Positions 54,248 to 64,000 of a stretch of DNA of 64,000 bases are shown piece after piece (position 1 is the first letter of the stretch; every line of letters starts with the position of its first letter). The notes beneath the pieces were generated by a model, which searched no databases, was not told the origin of the DNA, and saw only the letters and a list, made by a program, of their open reading frames with translations. This stretch comes from the human T2T-CHM13v2.0 reference genome, Homo sapiens, in NCBI RefSeq assembly GCF_009914755.1, contig NC_060930.1; one strand, given 5' to 3'. The translations under genes were made by a program, and so were the position numbers.

Positions 54248-54320
54248 TGGAGAATGCGGGCGTCGATCCCGCTACCTCTCGCATGCTAAGCGAGCGCTCT
54301 ACCGCCTGAGCTAATTCCTC
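54248..54320 (-). tRNA. TRA-AGC: tRNA-Ala(AGC) (B1)
   Basis: GAGGAATTAGCTCAGGCGGTAGAGCGCTCGCTTAGCATGCGAGAGGTAGCGGGATCGACGCCCGCATTCTCCA. Intact except for an A2:C71 mismatch. Confidence 0.93.
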
Positions 54321-56226
54321 ACTGAGGAGGCCCGCCACCCCACCCATTTTCCTGGTTATCAGGAGCCTGCCGGTACTTTGGGCCGCCAAATCCCTGGCAG
54401 GACAAGATTGAGGGCGGAGCTTCTCAGATACTGCCTTGGGCAAACTTCTACGAGCCTGAGAGTGTGAAGAATACGGATTTCCAAAATAGGTCATGAGGGA
54501 GACCTCTCTCCTCACTTCCCAATTTCGCCTTCTTCATCTCTCGGAATTAGAGAGCACGTTCCAGTTGGAGAAGCACCACCTGGAACTGCCTGGCTTGCGG
54601 GCACAGCTATTCCAGCCCGCTCTAGAGTTGTGATCCTCACCTGCTCCCTGCAGGCAAGGCCACCCGGAAGTAGCGGGGCAGCTTCTCCCAGCCCCAGAAC
54701 TTCACGCCATACGCGCCTCATCTTCAATAGCACTTTCCTCCTGTAGGACTCAGAAAGTGATGGAGAACCTTGGAGGAGTTGAGAAAGAGAAAGCTTGTGA
54801 ATTTTCATCTCAATCTGTGGATTCATTCCTGAAGCACTTCTTCAGCACCAGGCACAGTGGATGAGGCCAGTGATCCACACAGAAAGTGCCACAACAATAG
54901 CAAGTAATAGTACTGTGCAATTGCCGTCTAGGCCCTATTTTAGATGCTGTACACATATTAATAGTAATGCAGGTAAAATGCCTAGAAATAGTTTATAATC
55001 TTCATTTTTTATATGAAAAATTATGGAAAATTGTCACCACAGAGCTCAGGGATCTCTCAGCCAAAAGGAAAAACAGATGCAGGTTATACCGTGTCTGCTG
55101 TGTAGGTGCTTCTCCTGCCATTTCCCTTCCCTGTCACCTTCCTCCCCCCTTCTCTTGCTCCATTGGGCACCACACTTGTCCTTCTTATGCCTGTCTAGTT
55201 CTTCAATTCCCAGGCCCACAGAAGAAGGCTTCCCCTGTAGCCCAGGGGAGGCTACATTAGCTCCACTGCCTTGGAGTTGTAGTGGATTCCAAATCTGCTT
55301 TCCACCTGTGAAGAATTCTCATTTAAGACAGGAAAATAGTTATTTTACTCTGAGTATAACTAGCGTCAAGTAGGATTTTTGCCTGATGAAAATTTGCTGA
55401 ATGGAGAAAGGCTATACAGATAATTTAGAAGCCTCAAAGGAGAGAGTGGCTTCAGATCAGTAAAGACTGAAGAAAGGATTAGAAGCTAGGGTCTAACAAA
55501 CCCATAGAAATGTTTTTGCCTGAAAAGGAAATGTGGTTGGGGAAGAGTGGAGGGGCACTACTTTCAGAGTGATTAGTGGGTGGAGGCATGGCCTTCATGG
55601 ACCTGCAGGTGGTTTGGGGCAGCTTCAGGTCCCTCCTTCACGGTCCCAGTTTATTAGGAGAGCACATCCTGAGAATGAAAGAGGCTGCTCCTATGGGACA
55701 AAAATTCAACAACATGTTTATTATTTATGACATTCATTTTTGAGATCATTTATGAATAAGAAGATAAAATAGAAAAACATGTAATCAATAACATTGTCTT
55801 TCTATTACGATTAACAAAGGGCAATGCTGAGAAGTCAAATGGTGTCAGAGAGAGATTTGAGTGATGGGAAAGAAAGAAGGATGGAAAGAGGGGCACGTCC
55901 CAGGGACCTACAAGAGCTTCCTGGAGTCATCTATCCAAAGACCACTCTCTCCAGCATTCTGAGCTCTGCTTGGGCCAGTTGAGCTAGTCAACATATGTGT
56001 TGTTAATACAGCGCCTCATGTAGTTTCTTTAAATAGGGGATAGTGTTGCAATTTCAAAAATACATTTTTTTACATTTTGGTTCATCTTGGAAATTAGAGG
56101 AAGACCTAGGTCCCCATTTATTTTAAGCACATTTTTGTCAGAACGAGCTTTCAGAGAGATGAATAGAAGGAATAAATGTCACTTTTCTTAGTGAGAGTGT
56201 ATCCGACCACTAGAGTTAATATGCTA

Positions 56227-56324
56227 GCTCCCACCTTCACTTATACTCCTTCCTTACCTCTCTCCTTACCTCTCTTACCTACACAGGAGAGAGGTAAGGA
56301 AGGAGTATAAGTGAAGGTGGGAGC
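56227..56324. repeat. Perfect 40-bp inverted repeat with 18-nt spacer
   Basis: 56227-56266 is the exact reverse complement of 56285-56324. Confidence 0.97.
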
Positions 56325-56731
56325 CTGGCCAACTCTCAGATAATCTGATAGAAGACACGTTTTCATCCTCTACCTGACCATGTGTTGTCAATGTGAATAA
56401 AAGCAAAAGGTTGGCACATTCAAGTCTCCTGCTTTTGCCTCCTGACACTATTTCTAGGCTGTTTCTCATATTTTGTACCCAAAAGGCTAAAGTTTGATTT
56501 CCCCACAAAAATACATTGTATTAACTTCGAGCTGAAGCCCCAAAACCTGTATTGGCAAAACTCACTTGTGACTAATCGCTTCCTTTTTTGCTTTCGCATG
56601 GAATACTATGTATAATTTCCTTAAAAAAAAAAAGATGTACATAACAAGATGAAACTGAGTTAAACAAAGAGCGGTAAATCCGCTGAAAGTATTTACCAGA
56701 TACCATTGGTAGCCTAGGGATTAAAAGAAGC

Positions 56732-56804
56732 TGGAGAATGCAGGCATCGATCCTGCTACCTCTTGCATGCTAAGCAAGCGCTCTACCGCTTGAGCTAATT
56801 CCCC
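56732..56804 (-). tRNA. TRA-AGC: tRNA-Ala(AGC) (B2), fully paired
   Basis: GGGGAATTAGCTCAAGCGGTAGAGCGCTTGCTTAGCATGCAAGAGGTAGCAGGATCGATGCCTGCATTCTCCA. All stems pair, G3:U70 present, T4 at 56723-56726 on the minus strand. Confidence 0.96.
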
Positions 56805-57274
56805 CACACCACCTTTGTCTTTTCTGCCTATTTTTATAACTGGGACACAAATATCGTTCCATGTCCCACTTAAGTTTCCAGCTTTTCAAACACCTCCGGG
56901 AACTTCCCTACCAAGGCGAAGCGAGGAATGAAGTTTCTGGGAGACAGCCTCAGACCTGGAAGGCAGTGACCATCCTCTGCTTTTTCAATCTGAGTCGGGA
57001 TCCTGAGAAAGAGAGAAAAGATCTCATTAGGAAAGCACTAGTTCTAATCTGATTTCACTCTCCCATTAGATGAAAGAGAAGGAAGTACCGTCCCTAATTA
57101 GCAGTTACCTCAAATGCTCTGTTGAATGCATCACTTTTTAAGAACACAAACCTGGAAATAAGCCCAAGTATCTTTTTATCGATTGATCCTTCAAGTAACT
57201 TATCTAATATCTGTGTTACTAATTGTTTCTCCATTCAGGGGAGTTGAAATCTGTTGTTACCTATTAATCCTTGA

Positions 57275-58985
57275 TAGATTTAATTTGCATTTTTGTACTG
57301 ATTAATGTTGTTGAACATCTTTTAGTGTGCCTATTGGCCATATAAGCATCTTATTTTGTGAAATGCCTGCTCAAGTTTTTTGCCCTTATCCTTACTGAGT
57401 GTTTCTATCACTGAGTTCTAAAATGTGTTTTATATTCTCCATAAAAGTCCTTTGTTATATGTGTATCCATAACACATATGTTGTATAACAACTATGTGTG
57501 CATATGACATATATTACATTTCTTTTCAAGTCTATGTCTTGCCTTTTCATTTTCTTAATATTGTCTTTCAAAGAAAAAGCATTTTAATATTTTATGAAAT
57601 CCAGTGTATCTTTTTTTGTAAGGGCTCATGCTTTTCTGGTTCCTTCTGAAAAAGCTTTGCCTACATCAAATATGTGCAGACTTCTTTTCTTCTACAAGTT
57701 TGATATCTTTAATGTTAAGCTTTACGTATATAAACCATTTTGATTTAATTGTTGTATAGGATGTGAGGTAAGGGTAGGGAATCCTTTTTTCCATACTCAG
57801 TTGCCTGGGATCATTTGTTTAAAAAACTCATTAAATAACATTTTACCTCTGTCATAAATCAGTTGACCACATACGTTGGTCTATTTCTGGACTATCTATT
57901 CTAGTCCATCAATCTGGGTAAGTATCCTTGAGACAATACCACATTATTTTGATTACCTTAGCTTTATAATAAGTCTTGACATCACCTGGTGTAAGTCCTC
58001 TTTGTTTTTCTTTTCCTAATTATTTAGGTTACTCTAGGTCCTTCAGAATAAGCTTGTCAATTTCTGTAAAAACAAACAAACAAAAAGAAAAGAAAACAAA
58101 ACAAACAAAACAAAAATCTCCTACTGGGATATTTGTTGTGATTGTAGTAAATCTATAGATCAACGCAGAGGGAAAAAAATGATATCTTAATAATATTACC
58201 TTTTTCAATCTGTAAATATGTCAAACAGCACCAATTATTCAAGTTTTCCTGAGTTTTTCTCAGCCATCTTTTGTAGATTTCTAGGTACAAGTCCTGTGCA
58301 CATTGACAAGTTTATCTCTAAATATTTCATTTGTTTTAAACCTATTGAAAGTGGTAATTTAATTTTCCATTTTTTTGATGCTAGTACATAGAAATACAAT
58401 TAATTTTTGTATATTGTAATCTGTGACATAGCTGCATTTACTTATAATGCTTATTTTTGTAGATGCACTAGGATTTTTTGTGTATCTGATCATGTTGCTT
58501 GCAAATGAATATATTTTTCTTATTCTAAAGTGAGTATGCCATTTATTCTTCATTCATGCGTTCCTTACTTTCTGGCACTAGCTAGGACTTTCAGTAAAAT
58601 GTAGAAGTAGTAAGAACAGATATTTTGCACTTTTCTCCAATATTAAAGGGTACATATTTATTCTTCCACTATTAACTCTATTGCTAGTTGTAGGAATTTC
58701 TTAAACGCCCATTATTCATCTGAGGAATTTTCCTTCTATACTTAGTTTACTGGGATATTTTTTAAACACCACGAATGAATGGCAAATTTGGTCCAATATT
58801 TCTTCTGCATCTAGTGAGATGATTACATGCGTTTTTTTTTGTTAATGTAGTATATTACATTTAATTGACTTTTCAATGCTTAACTAATTTTTTATTCCCG
58901 AGGCAATCTCCCCTAACTCATGGTGCGTTATGCTTTACAGATAATGCTGGATTCAATTTGTTAATATTTTAATCCAGTATCTGTT
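57275..58985 (-). mobile_element. Old L1M fragment (copy B)
   Basis: Paralog of 34855-36545. Confidence 0.75.
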
Positions 58986-60683
58986 GGTAAATGTGTCAGA
59001 GAAGGGTCTCCAAGTGTGGAACGCACCGCTTTCACAGCTCAGAGAAACATGGTGAGCACCGTGCTCCCTTCTAAGTGACGGGAGCTTCGAGATACAACAA
59101 TGAGACTTTACTTTGGAGGAAATGTCTCAGAATTTCACAGATCCTAAAAACTTTCATTCACGAACCAGGTCGATGAATGGTTTTTGTGTTTCTCTCCCAC
59201 CCTCTGGAGCATGCAGGGCTTAACAAAATCTATAACTTACTTGACACTTCTTGCTCATTGAAGATTTAAATGATACTATCAATACAGTGTACCAATGTTT
59301 TGCTGATGGTCCAGACAGTTCAATTCTCTTTGGACTAGATTAGGAAAAATTGGGGGACTTGATATACCTCTGGAGTAAGCACATAAATGCATACTTTTGT
59401 CTAGTCCATGTGAATATGAACTGTTTCTGTTCTTTCTTCCTGATAACAATAGAAAAAATGTATTCCCCAAATCAAAGACTGCATGCCAAAGACCATGCAA
59501 TTTTTGCTTCTATGTTCATATTGTTTATAACATGATTAATTTATTAACTTTGCATTCCAATTCTATTTTCTTATGTATTCAAGTGAAAAGTGTTAATTAT
59601 GAGAAATTCTGCACTATGGCACTGCTAATATTGCAATCTATATCCCAGACTTCGTTTTACCGACAGAAGAAAGAATACCCTCATCAATTTCTCATGTCTT
59701 CGGAAGAAGGGACATGGGTTTGTAGTGGAATTCATGACTTTTTCTGCCTGAATATTAATTAGCAGAAGCACGTTCCATTTCTTTATATAAACCCACTCTT
59801 AGAACCAAGGTGAACTGAGTGAAAAAAATACTTGCCTTTATATTTCTCTTATCAAACTAACCATAGTGGAAGAAACTGTGAAAATGGCTGGTGTCACTTC
59901 AGACGCAAAAGGAAAAGTGGCACATCATGTTCAGAATCCGATTAAATAGTGTCAGTAATTATTACCTCTGCTTAAAGGATTCAGAGCTGAGTTTGTTCAG
60001 CTACCCTGCCCTGACTAATGGCATCATGCAGGTGTACTTAGAAGTAAATTTAAAATTCCCCCTTACTTTAGGATCACACATCTCCTAGGGTAATTGCAGG
60101 AGTGATTGGGAAAGAGCAGTCTACTCTGAGGAGGTCAGATGGAGACCAAGTGAATCCTGTAGAATAGAAGTAGTGTTATATGACAAAAATGCAAATCCAA
60201 CACTACTACGTCTTGGATTTCTTCTTTGTTTCCTTGATTAATTTTCTTGCTTCACTCCAAAAATCATAGCATAAAGCAAATTATTGTTCTACCTATTGCT
60301 TTCCACTTTACTCATCTTTCGTCTGGTGTCTGTGTGATTATGTCTCCATTAGAGACTGAGATCTGTTATTACCTATTAAATCCCTTCATTCCAGGATGTG
60401 GAACTAATTAGATAAGTTTCAGATTGTTGAATTTAGTGGTTATTTTAGAGGTAATTAGATAGTTAAATTTAACACTTGTAGCTCCACATAATGATGGAGT
60501 GCAAATATCTATTTATTCATAAATATCCATAGGCAGGGATCAGAATCAACATTTAGAAGACCTACTCCCTCAAAACAAGACGACCAAGAAAACAAATTGA
60601 TTCTACTACCTTGGATTTATTAAACTTGCTGAGCAAAGAGCCGTACCTCTGTGGAGTCCCAGTACTGCCTAAAACAAGGGTGA

Positions 60684-61130
<447 letters not shown>

Positions 61131-62043
61131 AGAATTTCTAAACTAGGCGAATCATAGGTTTATTCAGTGGAACTTAGCTGCTGGAACATGAAGATCTGCG
61201 CAGAGTTGCTGGATCCGTTTGGCTTTGGTCTTATCTTGGATCATCGGGTCTGAGTAAGCTGGTGTTAAAACAATTAGAGCTTAGTGTAGCATGGCAGGGT
61301 TTGTAGACTTGTCCTGTGCTGTAAGTCACAGGGCTTTTGCAACTTCTGTGTTTGTTCATTTCTCAATTTGCCCTCTTTCCTCACCAACAGAACTGCCCAA
61401 GAAATCAACTTACAGTATAGCTACTGGAACTTAGCTCCGAAAATGTCCTCTGCAAATCTAGAACACTTGTTTTTTTTCCAAATAAGAAAGTTGAAGAGCA
61501 AAACGACGTGTCTAACGTCACACATTGAGCTAAAGACAGATGGGATCTGGCATGCGTTTGTCAGTTAACAGTGCTAGCACAAATACAACTCTTGTTAAAA
61601 TCGTAAGGATTTTATGTCGTGAGACACTCAGGACTCACCTGATCTCGGTGTTCAGTTGTGCGTAGTTTTTGATTTGCACCTCGCCCTTGGGCAAGTGCAG
61701 AATCCTGGGGTTATACAAAGCGCATCACAGTTAACCCCTTTGTCCCAGTCCGCAGAATGAGAGCTCAGAGCCCGGCCATGGGAGGCTGGGTTATATAGGC
61801 AGGAAAATCAAGGAACCCAGGTATGAGCAGGGGCGTTTGTGGCGCGGAGAGAGCTCCTATCCCTGCCGTCCATCTACGTCTCAGGCTTGGCCCCTGGCGT
61901 GCAGAAAACCGCATCTCCCGAAATCCCAGAACGTAAACGTCGCCCAGGTACTCGCTCTCTTGTCATTCTCCGGGATGTAAAAGACTCGGGGTCTCTTCAC
62001 GGATCACTGAAACCGCCTTCTCCGAGGCCTCCAGGGTGACTAA

Positions 62044-62276
62044 AAGAAAGGGTGCGTGTTCTGTGTTCTCCCGCCGGTGTGTTCCTCTTCATGTCCAGCC
62101 GCTTGTGTCTGTGCCCGCTAGGGTCTCGGGAGTTTTTATAGGCACAGGATGGGGGCGTGGCGGGTCAGGGTGGTCTTGGGAAATGCAACGTTTGGCCGCG
62201 GAGGAAGGAGTGCCCGTCCTCACCTAGGTCCATGGGCACAGGCCCGGCGGCGGAGCCCTGCTCCCCTCCCTTATCA
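62044..62276 (-). mobile_element. ERV1 LTR 5' fragment (copy B)
   Basis: Appears identical to 39290-39522. Confidence 0.65.
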
Positions 62277-63728
62277 GTACCGCGGTTAGTGCTCTGCTTT
62301 ATGGCCGCGGCAATCTCAGACACTTTCGGAGCGTGTTTTTTTTTTCTTGTCCTTTCGCTCCCCTTTTCGGGCGCCAGCTTTCAAACCAGACCAAAGGTGT
62401 GCTTTCCCCCATTATCTCCCAGCCTTCTTTCCTTTTCGCCTCTACTCAAGGCTGTGTCCACAATTAAGCTCTCAGGAGGAGGAGGCCTCCAGCTGCCTCA
62501 AGGAAGGGCATTTCTCGCAGTGCAAAGTGCGGAAGAGGGGAGCCATACCGACTGAAATCTTAACCAGAGTCGGTTTGCATAGAGGCTGCAATGGATAGAA
62601 TCTCAGAAGTGAGGCGGAAAGACAGGCCAGCCCTGCGAAAGATGGATTGGAGAGAGGTGAGAATCTAGTTCAAAAGCCGGGAGAAGGAACAGGACATTAG
62701 CACAGTAGTCTAGGCAGAGAGCTGGACCATCTGTAATACGGCAAGGGGGTTGGTTGAGATTTCCTTTATTCAGTTATTCGAAATGTATCTATTGAGCTAT
62801 TTATTAGTCCCTGGGTGCTGTGGGTGTTCCTGCGTATTCAACCACCTTGTCGACGCTGCAGGATGCGGCCCCATTACCCAGGACCCAAAGAACTTCCAAA
62901 AATGAATCCCGAGGAACAGCTGTTTCTCTACCGGAGAAGTGGGCAGCCAGGCGGAAACACGCAGGGAAATAGTTCTGTTTGGGACAGAAGGCATCAACCT
63001 CGTAAGACCCAGCGATCAGCAGAGCTCCCGGAGAGTGTTTCTTAATCTAAAGGTCATGAGTCGGGCTTCAAAGTTGTCTTGTCGTGCGTAAAATACCAAT
63101 GGACTTACACCTGTTTCATCGAGAAGGAATACAATGCGAACACAAAGACTGTAATGGAACGTATTTCTCTAAAGTGTCCTTTTCAGATAGAAATACGAGA
63201 GCGTTTTCCTGAGCTTTCTAAAAATGGGGTGGGGTAGGGATCAAATACTCACTTTTGGGAAACATGGGCGAATACAGTGGGAGTCGTGCTGGAAGTTACG
63301 AGCAGAGGAGCCTGGGTGGGGACTTATATTGGCCTTGACGGCCCGTGGAAAGGAACTGGCGGCAATTCCTTCCGTTTTCCGTCAATTTCTTCACGGGTTG
63401 CTCGGAAGCTACGGAAGCAAAGTAGAAAGGAGTGATAGGGACAGGCCACAGTACCGGCGGACGGTGATGGCGTTGCGTTTAAAAGGGTGGTCACTGAAAC
63501 CCTTTGTCATGAAACACTGAAGCAGGTGACATTTGAACTTTCCTTCCGCAGAATTGTATTTTAACTGAAATTTCCAGGTTAGAAGAAATTTGCCGAGGAT
63601 CGTAACCAAGTTAGCAAAGATCGTAGGTTCTTTCCAACTCCAAGAACTTCAGAAAAGTTTCTTTGGTGATTGGAATAACGCTCCCCTTTAAACTCCTCAA
63701 GAGAGGTAGGGTCCGTTCCCCCCGGCGG

Positions 63729-63802
63729 GGCCGGTTAGCTCAGTTGGTTAGAGCGTGGCGCTAATAACGCCAAGGTCGCGGGTTCGATCCCCGTACGGGC
63801 CA
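63729..63802 (+). tRNA. TRI-AAT: tRNA-Ile(AAT)
   Basis: GGCCGGTTAGCTCAGTTGGTTAGAGCGTGGCGCTAATAACGCCAAGGTCGCGGGTTCGATCCCCGTACGGGCCA. Fully Watson-Crick anticodon stem TGGCG/CGCCA; T4 at 63808-63811. Confidence 0.97.
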
Positions 63803-64000
63803 CAGGCTTTTCTAATGTTTATTTCACAGTAACAATTATGTTTCACAGTAGCAACTGTGGGCAGTGATACAGAAAGTCATGAGAGAACACGAAAGTAAAT
63901 GTATTTGTACCCAGTAATCTTGATGGGACGTAGTCCGCTGAATCGTACGGTTGCGTTTGCAGTTTAGTGTTCCTGCAAGAGCAGATGACGAAGAGAGCTA

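Larger units (their letters stand above)
61600..63810. promoter_or_regulatory. CpG-island-like region (copy B)
   Basis: Paralog of 38850-41050. Confidence 0.7.

Noticed and set aside
56178-56216. Weak minus-strand resemblance to the tRNA-Glu D/anticodon region (TCTAGTGGTCGGATACACTCTCAC)
   Set aside because: No T arm, B box or acceptor stem; too short to support.

Overview
Primate (human-like) genomic DNA with no credible protein-coding gene. Positions 1 to ~31.3 kb are AT-rich and dense in repeats: Alu, old L1, MaLR LTRs including an LTR-int-LTR element, MER20, MER44, MIR and L2. At ~31,302 there is a sharp junction into a tandemly duplicated tRNA-gene block with a period of ~21-23 kb (copy A 31302-~41330; copy B 52188 to beyond the window end). 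Each copy carries two minus-strand tRNA-Ala(AGC) genes, a CpG island containing an ERV1-type LTR fragment, and a plus-strand tRNA-Ile(AAT). A degenerate elongator tRNA-Met(CAT) lies between the copies. This architecture resembles the chromosome 6 tRNA segmental duplications (6p22/6p11); that placement is from memory and unverified. Comparing the two copies shows copy-specific tRNA stem lesions, a lost Pol III terminator, strongly diverged tRNA 5' flanks beside a near-identical tract, a 1763-bp deletion, a 40-bp deletion removing a splice acceptor, a copy-specific AluY and a GAA expansion. Other structures are a perfect 40-bp inverted repeat, a 270-bp inverted duplication flanking a 1.5-kb purine-pyrimidine tract, and a candidate LTR-driven first exon. 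I see no evidence of a wholly new biological system; the best leads are regulatory and evolutionary. Repeat family calls were made by eye and their boundaries are approximate.
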